Shown here: positions 28,684-38,375 of the stretch, piece by piece
Position numbering within the stretch: the first letter of the stretch is position 1
How the letters are laid out: each line of letters opens with the position of its first letter
Origin: an uncultured Alphaproteobacteria bacterium
GTDB taxonomy: Bacteria > Pseudomonadota > Alphaproteobacteria > CBDUYM01
Length of the DNA: 64,000 bases
NCBI GenBank assembly: GCA_965371465.1
Contig: CBDUYM010000006.1
Span: forward strand, 73,768-137,767
Direction: 5' to 3'
Made by a program: the position numbers and the translations under genes
The notes under the pieces: model-generated
Databases searched by the model: none
Seen by the model: only the letters and a program-made list of their open reading frames with translations
Told to the model about the DNA's origin: nothing

Positions 28684-29760
28684 ATGCCGTCAGTTCGAAA
28701 CCATATTTTCCCACAGCGGCGCCAGCTAAGGGGTGTGCCCTTTCCGACCGAGGAGTGGCCGAGGAGTGATTTGCCCTCGGGCACAGATGCGGGACGATTG
28801 CATGCGATCCTGGACGAGATGTTCGGCGAGCCGCAGCCGGAGCGTATCTCGCGCACTCATGCCATGACCATCGTGCGGGATGGTCGGCTGCTTGTAGAGC
28901 GCTATGCGGATGGTGTATCGCCTGAAGACACGCAGCCGAGCTGGTCCATGGCGAAAAGCTTTACCCATGCTCTCGCCGGCACACTGGTTCGCGATGGCAA
29001 ACTGGACATTCATGCCCCTGCTCCTGTGCCTGAATGGGCTGGGGATGAACGGCGCGACATCACCATTGATCAGCTGTTTCGCATGTCGAGCGGGCTCAAG
29101 TTCATTGAGGACTATGTTGATGCCGGCGTTTCAGATGTGATTGAAATGCTTATGGGCAAAGGGATTGCGGATTGTGGTGCGTTCGCCGCAGCTATGCCGC
29201 TGGCCCATGAACCGAACACCGTCTGGTCCTATTCATCAGGCACGACGAATATTATCTCCCGTATCATTGGCGACATTGTCGGTCGTGGGGACGCATATCA
29301 TGACTACATGAAGCGTGAACTGCTCGACCCCCTTGGCATTAAATCTGCCGAGCCGAAATTTGATGAAGCCGGTAACTTCATTGGCTCGTCCTACATTTTC
29401 TGCACACCGAAGGACTTTGCCAAATTCGGCCTCTTTTGCCTGCGTGACGGTGTTTGGGACGGTGTCGAGATCTTGCCCGATGAATGGATCGAATATGGCC
29501 GGATGCCGACAAAGACTACGGACACAGAGTGCTATGGCGCTCATTTCTGGCTCGCCCGGGATGAGTTTGGCACATATGCCTGCACGGGCTATCAGGGCCA
29601 GCTGATTCTGATCATTCCAGCACTCGACATGGTCATCACGCGATCCGGTGACACGGATGTCGACAGAATGCCTAATGTCCGCAAATATATTTCAGACATT
29701 ATTCAGTGCTTCGTACCTAACCATGAGTATCGGGGCCTTAGAATTGGTGAGGATGCGTAA
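28684..29760 (+). CDS. beta-lactamase-fold serine hydrolase (EstB/class C-like)
   Basis: SMAKS (S-x-x-K) active-site motif, 358 aa. Confidence 0.8.
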   Translation: MPSVRNHIFPQRRQLRGVPFPTEEWPRSDLPSGTDAGRLHAILDEMFGEPQPERISRTHAMTIVRDGRLLVERYADGVSPEDTQPSWSMAKSFTHALAGTLVRDGKLDIHAPAPVPEWAGDERRDITIDQLFRMSSGLKFIEDYVDAGVSDVIEMLMGKGIADCGAFAAAMPLAHEPNTVWSYSSGTTNIISRIIGDIVGRGDAYHDYMKRELLDPLGIKSAEPKFDEAGNFIGSSYIFCTPKDFAKFGLFCLRDGVWDGVEILPDEWIEYGRMPTKTTDTECYGAHFWLARDEFGTYACTGYQGQLILIIPALDMVITRSGDTDVDRMPNVRKYISDIIQCFVPNHEYRGLRIGEDA

Positions 29761-29763
29761 GCA

Positions 29764-30936
29764 ATGGATATGAGTGAGGCGTCGAAAATTGATGAGCTTC
29801 TTTCGGGGTACGTGAGCGACGGCAAGTTGGCCGGGGCCGCTGCCATGGTGCTGAAAGACGGCGAGGTCAGCTACTGGAACAGTTTTGGTTGTCGCGATCT
29901 TGAGGCGGGCGAACCATTTGAACGCGATACGATTTGCCGCATCTACTCGATGACCAAGCCGATTACAGCAGTGGCCGCTCTGATGCTCATGGAAGAGGGG
30001 CTTTTCTCTCTCGATGACAGCGCATTCGATATATTTCCTGAGTTCCGAGACATGAAAGTGCTCGTGGAAACCAGCGAAACCGAGCATGAGCTGATTGACC
30101 AGAACGTGCCAATGACGCTGAAGCAGATATTTATGCACAATGCGGGTTTTGGCTACGGTCTGTTTCCATCTTCTCAGGTCGAGAGAATGTATGCCGAAGG
30201 ACGCGCCCTTAATGCCGAAGGGACGCTTGACGACATGCTGGCCCGCGTTACGTCCATTCCGCTTGCCTGTCAGCCAGGTGCGAAGTGGAGCTATAGCGTC
30301 TCCCTCGACATTGTCGGCAAGCTTGTTGAGCGGCTCTCAGGCAAGGACCTTCGCACGTACTTCAAGGAGCGGATTTTTGAGCCGCTGGGAATGGTGGATA
30401 CGGACTTCTCTGTGCCCAGGGAGAATATTGGTCGGCTGAGCAAGCTCTATGGTCCGAATGAGAAGACGGGCGCGCTACAGATCATTCCAGGCATCCTGCA
30501 TGATGATCGGGGTCCGGAGGTCACTTTCTATTCGGGCGGCGGCGGACTTGTCTCCACGGCTGATGATTACCGCCGTTTTGCAACAATGCTGATGAACGGC
30601 GGCAGCCTGGACAGTGTGCAGATTCTGAAGCCAGAGACCGTTGCCTTGATGACGCGAAACCATCTGGCGGCGAAACTTCAACCTCTCAGCTTCAGTGTGC
30701 TCAAGCTTCAGGGAACCGGCTCTGGGCTCGGTGTCGCGGTCCGCGTGCCCGGTGAATTTGAAAACGCCCATGGCGTCGAAAACGAATATGGCTGGATGGG
30801 TATCGGCAATACGCATTGGTGGAATGATCCGGATCACAATGTCACAGGGCTGCTGCTTACCCAGTTCATGCCGCTGTTCATGTATCCGATCCACAATGAA
30901 CTTCGCGCAATCGTCAACGAGGCGTACGCAGTCTAG
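29764..30936 (+). CDS. beta-lactamase-fold serine hydrolase (paralog)
   Basis: SMTKP S-x-x-K motif, 390 aa. Confidence 0.8.
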   Translation: MDMSEASKIDELLSGYVSDGKLAGAAAMVLKDGEVSYWNSFGCRDLEAGEPFERDTICRIYSMTKPITAVAALMLMEEGLFSLDDSAFDIFPEFRDMKVLVETSETEHELIDQNVPMTLKQIFMHNAGFGYGLFPSSQVERMYAEGRALNAEGTLDDMLARVTSIPLACQPGAKWSYSVSLDIVGKLVERLSGKDLRTYFKERIFEPLGMVDTDFSVPRENIGRLSKLYGPNEKTGALQIIPGILHDDRGPEVTFYSGGGGLVSTADDYRRFATMLMNGGSLDSVQILKPETVALMTRNHLAAKLQPLSFSVLKLQGTGSGLGVAVRVPGEFENAHGVENEYGWMGIGNTHWWNDPDHNVTGLLLTQFMPLFMYPIHNELRAIVNEAYAV

Positions 30937-32420
30937 GACAGCATGAAGCCACGAATTGCATAGAGATAGACGGCAGCGATGACTGCTGATCCGGGCACTG
31001 TGATGACCCAGGCGGCGGCGATGCTGACAACGTGATTGCGCCTCACCAGATAGCGCCGGCGTGCCTTCTTTTGGCGTTTTCGCTTCTTTTTCTTTTTGGA
31101 TCCTGGAACCGGCTCTTTTGGCATGCGGTTGGCAAGGTATTCCCGGAAAAAGCCAACTCCGAAAACGGCGCCAACTGCAATGTGAGTTGAGCTGACCGGA
31201 AGACCGAGACCTGAAGCCAGGATGACAGTAATCGCTGCGGAGAGCGCCACCGCGAAGGAACGCGCGGGGTTCAATTTGGTGATTTCATGGCCAACGGTTC
31301 GAATGAGTTTTGGTCCCCAAAGCACAAGCCCGAAAGATATACCGATGCCGCCGGTGAGCAGCGCCCAGCCGGGAATTGCGACACTGCTCGCAATGCCGCC
31401 GCTTTCGACGACCGCGGCAATGGCAGCGAGCGGGCCGATTGCATTTGCAACATCGTTGGAGCCGCCTGCGAAAGCAAGCAGACCTGCGGCCATGATCAGA
31501 GGTATATTGAAGAGACCGGAAATGGCCTTCTTGGTGTTGGCCACCTCAAAATTTTCGTGGCCCAGAATCTGTCGGACCCAGTACCAGACGGCAATGAAAG
31601 CCATAATGCTAATTGCGATGCTTACGGAAAGGGACGGCGTCCAGATTCGTTTGAGACCCTTCATGACCAGGTACATTGAGAAGGCCGCAGCCATGAAGCC
31701 AACAAAAATCGGCACCATTTTCTTTGCTGCGGCGACTTTGTCTTCCTGCTCCAGAACGGTCCGCTCAATGATGAGAAGAAACAGAGCTGCGGCAGCACCG
31801 CTGAGGGCGGGTGAAACGACCCAGCTGACTGCTATGCTGCCCATCACGCTCCAGTCAACACTCTGCCATCCCGATGCCGCAATTCCGGCACCCATAACCC
31901 CGCCAACAATCGCATGCGTGGTAGAAACCGGTGCAGACATGATGGTTGCTATGTTGACCCATGTCGCCGCGGCAAAGAGGGCGGCCATCATGGCCCAGAT
32001 GAACGTATCTGTGTCAGGCATCGCATCAATACTGATAATGCCCTTTGAAATCGTGCTGACAACATCACCGCCAGCGATATAAGCGCCTGAAGTGTATCCG
32101 ATCACTGCTATGAGGAGTGCACCCCATAGGGTTACAGCGCCGGAACCGACAGCCGGCCCCATACTGTTGGCGACATCGTTGGCCCCGATATTGAGCGCCA
32201 TGTAGCCGCCAATGCCTGCCGCAATGGCGACATAGAGGCCACCAGGTACGCCGCTGTTTGCCAGGTAGAGGTAAATCAGAACACCAATGATGAACGAAAC
32301 CGCGATACTCAATCTGAAAGTCTGACGAGCCGCCGGCGAGGCGGCTTCTTCAATCGCTACAAGACGCTGTAGCTCGCCATCCAGTTTCGTTTTTCTGGAT
32401 GTCACAGGCTGCAGAGGCAT
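30933..32420 (-). CDS. inorganic phosphate transporter, PiT family
   Basis: Duplicated GANDVANSMGP / GSNDVANAIGP PiT signature motifs. Unusual poly-basic C-tail KKKKKRKRQKKARRRY. Confidence 0.85.
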   Translation of the reverse strand: MPLQPVTSRKTKLDGELQRLVAIEEAASPAARQTFRLSIAVSFIIGVLIYLYLANSGVPGGLYVAIAAGIGGYMALNIGANDVANSMGPAVGSGAVTLWGALLIAVIGYTSGAYIAGGDVVSTISKGIISIDAMPDTDTFIWAMMAALFAAATWVNIATIMSAPVSTTHAIVGGVMGAGIAASGWQSVDWSVMGSIAVSWVVSPALSGAAAALFLLIIERTVLEQEDKVAAAKKMVPIFVGFMAAAFSMYLVMKGLKRIWTPSLSVSIAISIMAFIAVWYWVRQILGHENFEVANTKKAISGLFNIPLIMAAGLLAFAGGSNDVANAIGPLAAIAAVVESGGIASSVAIPGWALLTGGIGISFGLVLWGPKLIRTVGHEITKLNPARSFAVALSAAITVILASGLGLPVSSTHIAVGAVFGVGFFREYLANRMPKEPVPGSKKKKKRKRQKKARRRYLVRRNHVVSIAAAWVITVPGSAVIAAVYLYAIRGFMLS

Positions 32421-32512
32421 GCTCTAGTTCTCACGGATTGTTCGCTCCAATACCGATAAGACGATAACAGATGTGTGACCATCGGTAATTGCAAATATCC
32501 AGTTCCAGGGGT

Positions 32513-33163
32513 TCAGACTGCTTTCAGGCCCATGTCCCAAAATGCAATTTCCAGCCGGGTTGCTTTGGTGAAAATTTCCTGAAGTTTAGGCATGCGCTGC
32601 TTCGCTCCGAGGGCACTGGCCAGCTCGTTGAGATGCTCAATTTCGCTTTGCGCAGAGGCCTGATATTCGTTGCCGCCGTACATATCGATCCAGCTCTGAT
32701 AGGGATTGTCAGCCACGGACGGCAAGCTCATGAGCCAGCTGCCAACATAGCCATATCCGATGATACAGGGCGCGAGCGCGACACGCAGATCAAGCAGATC
32801 GCCGGCGAGACCCCGTTCCAGTACATAGGACGTGTAGGCCGTCACAGCGGGGTCTTCCTCGGTGGCTTCCAGGTCATCCCGTGAAATATCCCAATCCGCG
32901 CAATAGGTGACATGGAGGTCCATTTCCGAGTTCAAAATGCTGCTTAGTGCGTTCTCAGCCTGACGCATCAGCTCAAGCGTGTCGCTTTTGAATACGGCAA
33001 GGGCAAAGGCCCGGGCGAAATGTTTCAGGAACAGATAGTCCTGGCGCAAATAATACTGAAATGCAGGCAGCGGCAGGCTGCCGTCGCCAATGCCCTTAAC
33101 GAACTCATGCTGAACGTAGGCTCGCCAGTGTTCGCCGGCATTCTGCTTTAGAGCATCGAACAT
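32513..33163 (-). CDS. tenA: TenA family protein (thiaminase II / aminopyrimidine salvage)
   Basis: 216 aa, TenA/PqqC-like helical pattern (YVQHEFVKGIGDGSLP...FQYYLRQDYLFL). Confidence 0.7.
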   Translation of the reverse strand: MFDALKQNAGEHWRAYVQHEFVKGIGDGSLPLPAFQYYLRQDYLFLKHFARAFALAVFKSDTLELMRQAENALSSILNSEMDLHVTYCADWDISRDDLEATEEDPAVTAYTSYVLERGLAGDLLDLRVALAPCIIGYGYVGSWLMSLPSVADNPYQSWIDMYGGNEYQASAQSEIEHLNELASALGAKQRMPKLQEIFTKATRLEIAFWDMGLKAV

Positions 33164-33175
33164 GGTGGGAGCCTC

Positions 33176-33664
33176 TCAGCGTAAAAAGCGCCACGTGCCT
33201 GTGCGCTGTTTTTCCACGTAACGCTGGTGGTACTCTTCAGCTGGCCAGTATTCAGTTGCCGCTGCGATTTCGGTGACAATCGGATTTCGGTATTTGCCCG
33301 ATGCGCTCTCGGTGGCAATAGATTTTTCAGCCGCTTCTCTTTGCGCTTCATTCTGATAATAGATGGCCGAGCGGTACTGGCGACCCACATCGGGCCCCTG
33401 CCGGTTAAGTGTGGTCGGGTCATGGCAATGCCAGAACACATCAAGCAGCTCTTCATAAGTGACGCGATCAGGGTCGAAGTGAATTTCAACCGCCTCGGCA
33501 TGACCGGTTATTTCGGCGCAGACCTGTTCATATGTGGGGTCTGCAACATTCCCACCGGTGTAGCCAACAGAAGTCTCCACAACTCCCTCAACTTCACGAA
33601 AGGTCTGTTCGACCCCCCAAAAACAGCCAGCTGCAAATACTGCGCTTGGTTTATGTTCGGACAT
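33176..33664 (-). CDS. msrA: peptide-methionine (S)-S-oxide reductase MsrA
   Basis: GCFWGVE active-site motif. Confidence 0.9.
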   Translation of the reverse strand: MSEHKPSAVFAAGCFWGVEQTFREVEGVVETSVGYTGGNVADPTYEQVCAEITGHAEAVEIHFDPDRVTYEELLDVFWHCHDPTTLNRQGPDVGRQYRSAIYYQNEAQREAAEKSIATESASGKYRNPIVTEIAAATEYWPAEEYHQRYVEKQRTGTWRFLR

Positions 33665-33717
33665 TTTTCACGGCTCCTCCACGCTTGGGGCCTATTGTAG
33701 CATGGCGGAGCTGTGGT

Positions 33718-35946
33718 TTAGAAGGTGCCGCGGACACTCACTTCCCATTGGCTTTCGCGCTTAAACGGCCGCATTTCGATTTCATCGACAACGCCATTTG
33801 CAATGTTGCCGATGAACCGGACACGCTCGCGATCTCCGCTCGCGTTGAAGATGTTGCGGCCCTCAAAGCGGAGCGTCATATTACCGAAAACCCGCGTTTC
33901 AGCGAAGATGCCAACCTCAGGCTTGGAGCTGAATTTAAGGGTGCGGTCGATGTCGACGAACCCGCGCTGGCCTGACCCCCTGACATCAAAGCCGTATGAT
34001 GCCGGCCACTTGGTCAGATCATGGCGGAACTCAAGCGAATATTCAGTGTTGGCCTTGAAGGCAAGGCGACGATCTATCATCAGGAATGAGTCCATGACAG
34101 ATGAGTTAGCCAGGGTGAGGTTGCCCGTGATCAATGCGCCGGGCAGTCCGAGGAACCCGAGACGCAAGCTTGCTTTGCCCTCTATGCCGTAATACTTGCC
34201 ATCGCCGATGTTGCCACGAGCGGAGTCGACAAAGTCCGGCTCTGCATCTTCGGGCGTCACATCTATGAAGTCGATTACGTCCTCAAGGGCCTCGTAGAAA
34301 ACGCGGATGCTGACAACGCCACCATCATCCTTAATGCGGTGTTCAAGTGTTGCTTCATACTTCCAGGCTTTTTCCTGGGCCAGGTCGGGGTTCCCTGAAT
34401 TCGTCGCGTTGTCATCATCATTAAAGTCAATGGCGGTGACGAAGTCAGCAAAATCGAGCTGCCTGATGTCGCGCTTCACGGATGCACGCAACTGCGTCCT
34501 TGGCGTGAATGAGTAGCGGAAGTCGACAGAGGGGCGGACAAAGAAGAAGCTCCGGGAGTTTTCAACTTCGCTACCGGTCTGATCAATGCTTGAAATCTCG
34601 AACACGACGCCTGTTTCGATTGAAAGTTTGTTGGTCACTGCCCAGTTGTGAACAATGAACGGCTCAAGCCGCATCTCTTCAACAACGGAATCCGGATTGC
34701 CAAGATCGACCATTCTGAATTCCTGACCGTCGATTATCACGAGATTGCAGTCTGGATCCGGTGACAGATCAGGATCAGGCACGCACGCTGTGTCGCTGTT
34801 GAAAACTTCGACCGTCTTATCGAGAATGGTTTGCGACCCTTCGGCGCCGATCTCCAGATCATGCCCATTCGCCACCCCGAAGGTTACGGACGAGCGAACA
34901 ATACGTTCCTTGTCCGTGCGGTCTTGCGTCTGAATATCAGTGATCAGCATGTCGCCATCGAAATCGTCAAATACGATTCGATCGCTGCCGCTCGTCCGCT
35001 GATTGATGATGCCAAGAATTTTGAAATGACCGCCATCGAAGCGCCATTCATAGTCGCCGCCGAATTCCCAACGCTTGTTGGTCGAAATGTTTGTTTCAGG
35101 CGTCAGACCGGTGAGGATCAGATCACCAGACAGATCTTCTTCAAAAATATCGATTATGCGATCGAAAGTGGGACCCTGATCCTCATAGAGGCCGTTCAGG
35201 CGTGCGTCCTGACGATTATTGATGGTGTAGCCGACATTGCCATTCAGCTTGAAACGGTTGAGGTGAAACAGCTGGCGTTCGTCGCGGACGTTGATAAGCG
35301 AGCCATCCGGGTCTCTTGACGTTTCAACTGCAGTGGAGAAAAAGCTGTCAGGGTCATACTCGATCGATGCGAGGTAATTGAAATCACCCGAAGTATTCGA
35401 ATAGGAGAGTGATCCACCTGGGCTTAGCTTTTCACCCGGATACCAGGTGACACCGGCCTTATAGGAGCCTGATGCGGTGGAGACATCGTCCCGGAGCACG
35501 ATGTTGATGATTTCACCGGTGCTGCGGACATCAAGTTCACCCGAGGTGCCACGGATAATCTCGATCCGTTCGACCTGGTCAGCGGCAATTCTGGTGAGAG
35601 AGTCTATGCCTTCGTTTGCCTTGCCGGCGATACGCTTGCCGTTGATGAGAATCTGATTTTCTCCAGAACCAAGCCCCCGCTGGGCGCTGCCACCGACGCC
35701 ACCTCTCGAACTGCTGGTCTGGCGGGATGTCTGAACTGTCAGATTCAGTCCTGGAATGCGTTGGACCATGTCATTTGCATTCACCGGATTAAACTTGTCA
35801 AAGAAGTCCCGCTGATAGATGACGGTCGATCCTGACCCGTTCGTTTCTTCGCTGGCGCTTTCTTGCGCATTGGCGGCACTGATTGCAAGGAGTGCGAAAG
35901 CCGCCGCAAACGCCATGATGGCTGCGGCTTTTAAGTCTGTACTCAT
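33718..35946 (-). CDS. TonB-dependent outer-membrane receptor
   Basis: Signal peptide, plug domain, multiple beta-barrel repeats, C-terminal aromatic residue (..RGTF). AAGGA RBS. Confidence 0.85.
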   Translation of the reverse strand: MSTDLKAAAIMAFAAAFALLAISAANAQESASEETNGSGSTVIYQRDFFDKFNPVNANDMVQRIPGLNLTVQTSRQTSSSRGGVGGSAQRGLGSGENQILINGKRIAGKANEGIDSLTRIAADQVERIEIIRGTSGELDVRSTGEIINIVLRDDVSTASGSYKAGVTWYPGEKLSPGGSLSYSNTSGDFNYLASIEYDPDSFFSTAVETSRDPDGSLINVRDERQLFHLNRFKLNGNVGYTINNRQDARLNGLYEDQGPTFDRIIDIFEEDLSGDLILTGLTPETNISTNKRWEFGGDYEWRFDGGHFKILGIINQRTSGSDRIVFDDFDGDMLITDIQTQDRTDKERIVRSSVTFGVANGHDLEIGAEGSQTILDKTVEVFNSDTACVPDPDLSPDPDCNLVIIDGQEFRMVDLGNPDSVVEEMRLEPFIVHNWAVTNKLSIETGVVFEISSIDQTGSEVENSRSFFFVRPSVDFRYSFTPRTQLRASVKRDIRQLDFADFVTAIDFNDDDNATNSGNPDLAQEKAWKYEATLEHRIKDDGGVVSIRVFYEALEDVIDFIDVTPEDAEPDFVDSARGNIGDGKYYGIEGKASLRLGFLGLPGALITGNLTLANSSVMDSFLMIDRRLAFKANTEYSLEFRHDLTKWPASYGFDVRGSGQRGFVDIDRTLKFSSKPEVGIFAETRVFGNMTLRFEGRNIFNASGDRERVRFIGNIANGVVDEIEMRPFKRESQWEVSVRGTF

Positions 35947-36042
35947 GTGTATCCTTGGGGTGTCCTACCCCAAAATCTTCCTCTTTGGCCCTTAGCGAAC
36001 CTTGCGTTTCAAGCGGCCCTCCGCATGCAGGGTTCTCAGCAA

Positions 36043-36075
36043 TCCAAAAAAAGAGCGTCACGCGCGTGCGACGCC
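36043..36075 (-). terminator. rho-independent terminator after the crotonase gene
   Basis: On the minus strand: GCGTCGCACGCGCGTGACGC hairpin followed by TCTTTTTTTGG. Confidence 0.65.
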
Positions 36076-36173
36076 TTGGTTGTACTTTAGTAGGCCATTC
36101 AAATCATTCTGGCGCAGTTATACAGGACTGATCCCGAAACTTCAAAAACCTTTCGTGGATGGCAAATCTCCGC

Positions 36174-36881
36174 TCAGAGGTTTTGCAGTTCACGCACCAG
36201 ATCGCCGAAATCCTTGAATCCCGCGGTGTGTCTGATCGCCTTTTTTGCCTTCGCCATTGATGCTGCATTATGGCCGGCCAACTTGTCGGCAAAAGCCCGG
36301 GCGTTGGCCAGAACCTCGTCATCGGGAACAGATCTGACAGCTAGTCCCATACGCACCAGATCGGGGCCATAGGTGCGTTCTGCACCGAGGGTGAGTTCCA
36401 TGGCACGGGCAGCACCAAAGCGGATCGTCAGCCAGGCCACGTTCATGGGGGCCATCATGCCGCGTTCGACTTCAGAGACATGCAGGAATGCGCCGTCACC
36501 TGTGATCAGAAAATCACAGCTCATGGCAAGACCGGACCCACCGGCAATGGCAAACCGTTCCAATGCGCCGACAATCGGTTTGGGACAGTTAAAGGCGGCA
36601 ATATGATATGCCGCCCAATCCTTTTGAAAGTCTGCGCGCCACGGTGGGGCTGGATCGGCAGCAAATTCACCAAGATCAAGACCGGCGCAAAATGCACCTC
36701 CCGCACCCCGGATCAAAATGACATGGCAGGTCTCATCAGCGATGGCTGTATCAAGAGCAGTTTTCAGCTGCTGCACCAGCGGGCCGATGAGCGCGTTCCG
36801 CTTTTCCGGCCGGTTCAGGATCAGCTCAACACGCGGGCCTTCCCGTTCAACGATGACGAAAGCTTGATCTGAACTGCTCAT
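36174..36881 (-). CDS. enoyl-CoA hydratase/isomerase (crotonase) family protein
   Basis: Crotonase motif IRGAGGAFCAGLDL. Its ATG overlaps the stop of the upstream kinase (ATGA). Confidence 0.8.
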   Translation of the reverse strand: MSSSDQAFVIVEREGPRVELILNRPEKRNALIGPLVQQLKTALDTAIADETCHVILIRGAGGAFCAGLDLGEFAADPAPPWRADFQKDWAAYHIAAFNCPKPIVGALERFAIAGGSGLAMSCDFLITGDGAFLHVSEVERGMMAPMNVAWLTIRFGAARAMELTLGAERTYGPDLVRMGLAVRSVPDDEVLANARAFADKLAGHNAASMAKAKKAIRHTAGFKDFGDLVRELQNL

Positions 36882-37768
36882 CGGCTTTCCTGTTCCTTCC
36901 CGCTCCGGTTCAGCCGTCGCATCATATCTTTGATGTCGGTATTGATGGCCGTCACGATATCGTCCTCTATTGGTGGAATGTGTAGCCGCAGGATGCTCCA
37001 GTAAACGTCGCTGATCAATACGGCTTCCTTCAGCAGGTTGAATAGGTACAGGTCGTCGTCACCAGAAATTCTCGAGGTGCTCAAAAAATAGTGTTCCTGC
37101 GCGCTGGTCAGCTCATAGAGAGTGCTGATGCGGGCGAGCTCCATCAACGGGTGACCGTGGCCCGCGTATTCCCAGTCGATGATGTAAATCTGATCGGCTT
37201 CAATCACGTTTACCTTGTTGATGTCGTTGTGACAGAGCACGGGCTTGAAGGTGAGACCTTCAAAAGTGGCCTCAATTTCCTTGAATTCAGTCATAAACTC
37301 CGCTGCCCCTTCAGGCATTTCAATGCCCCGGTCGTGGATCGTCCGAAACACTTTTCTGGTGGAAGTGAACAGGTTCGTGCCTTTGTCGAAGTTTTCCTGC
37401 CGCAGTTTCGTCGCAACATCGGCAAGAAAATCGAGCTGGCGATTGGAAACCTTGTCATAGGCGTCCCAGCGTTTGCCTTCGACGAATTTTGTCAGGCTAT
37501 GGCCTTCAGGGGCCTGCCATGCCTTCAGGGGCGGTGCAAGGCCGACTGTCTCACCGATCCTGATGGCTTCAATTTCTGTCTCTCGGCTGACGCCTAGAAA
37601 ATGAGCCGACTGATTGGCGATTCTGAGAACTGTTGGCTCTCCGGGCGAAGTGATCTTGTAACTCTGATTGGTCCAGCCGTCTGAGAGGCGTTCAAACTCC
37701 CACTCCACATTCTTATAGGAATCATCGAGAGCATAGAGCGTCTCAGCGATGTCGGTTCTGGAAGTCAT
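36878..37768 (-). CDS. APH/choline-kinase-fold small-molecule kinase (LicA choline kinase / ThiK thiamin kinase-like)
   Basis: Brenner catalytic loop LCHNDINKVNVI and metal-binding IDWEYAGHG. Start set at ATG 37768, which overlaps the pnuC stop (ATGA). Confidence 0.75.
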   Translation of the reverse strand: MTSRTDIAETLYALDDSYKNVEWEFERLSDGWTNQSYKITSPGEPTVLRIANQSAHFLGVSRETEIEAIRIGETVGLAPPLKAWQAPEGHSLTKFVEGKRWDAYDKVSNRQLDFLADVATKLRQENFDKGTNLFTSTRKVFRTIHDRGIEMPEGAAEFMTEFKEIEATFEGLTFKPVLCHNDINKVNVIEADQIYIIDWEYAGHGHPLMELARISTLYELTSAQEHYFLSTSRISGDDDLYLFNLLKEAVLISDVYWSILRLHIPPIEDDIVTAINTDIKDMMRRLNRSGKEQESR

Positions 37769-38370
37769 GCCGGCTCCGCCTCTGCTCTCGCATATACGCG
37801 CGACCAGTCGATCAGACCCCAAACCGCCAGTCCCAGGAAAACAGCGTAGAGCACGGCAGTTGCGAAGAGGCCTTTGTAGATGTAGATGCCGGTGGCCAAA
37901 ATATCGACCAGAATCCACAACACCCAGGCCTCGATCCACTTCATGGTCTGCAGATATTGGGCAAGGAGGCTCATGACGGTGGTTGCTGCATCCCAATAAG
38001 GCACATCCGCGTTGGTCAGACTGGACATGGTGAATCCGAGCGCCCCTGTCGAGGCAACCAGAACAGCGATCCACAGGGCATTGGTCCGTGGCCGAAGCCT
38101 GGATACTTCAAGCGTGCCATCAGCCTTGTCTCCATGAAGCCAGTGATACCAGCCCCAGGCCTGCATGCCTATGTAATAGACCTGAAGGCCCATGTCGGAA
38201 TAGAGGCGTGCATCCCAGAATATGTAGACATACATGGTGACCATAACGATGCCGATGGGCCAGCACCAGATGTTCTGACGCACCAGGAGTGAAACGCTGA
38301 TGATGCCGAGGACAGAAGCAACGAGCTCAGTAACGGTGAACCATTGGAGAAGCCAGGCCCAAAGTTCCAT
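37765..38370 (-). CDS. pnuC: PnuC-family transporter (nicotinamide riboside/vitamin-type facilitator)
   Basis: 201 aa, 7 TM segments, PnuC signatures YYIGMQAWGWYHW and WVLWILVDI. Confidence 0.8.
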   Translation of the reverse strand: MELWAWLLQWFTVTELVASVLGIISVSLLVRQNIWCWPIGIVMVTMYVYIFWDARLYSDMGLQVYYIGMQAWGWYHWLHGDKADGTLEVSRLRPRTNALWIAVLVASTGALGFTMSSLTNADVPYWDAATTVMSLLAQYLQTMKWIEAWVLWILVDILATGIYIYKGLFATAVLYAVFLGLAVWGLIDWSRVYARAEAEPA

Positions 38371-38375
38371 CGTGG

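Noticed and set aside
35947-36173. Possible TPP riboswitch upstream of the TonB-dependent receptor
   Set aside because: Only a GCTGAGA-ACCC fragment is present on the minus strand. There is no GGGGUGC P2 strand, P3 hairpin or 3' AACCUGAUC...GGGA half. Half of the gap is occupied by the upstream gene's terminator. It needs a covariance-model scan, so it is not called.
37769-38074. N-terminal 102-aa extension of the kinase ORF
   Set aside because: It overlaps the 3' end of pnuC in another frame and is Cys/Arg-rich low complexity. The ATG at 37768 forms an ATGA junction with the pnuC stop.
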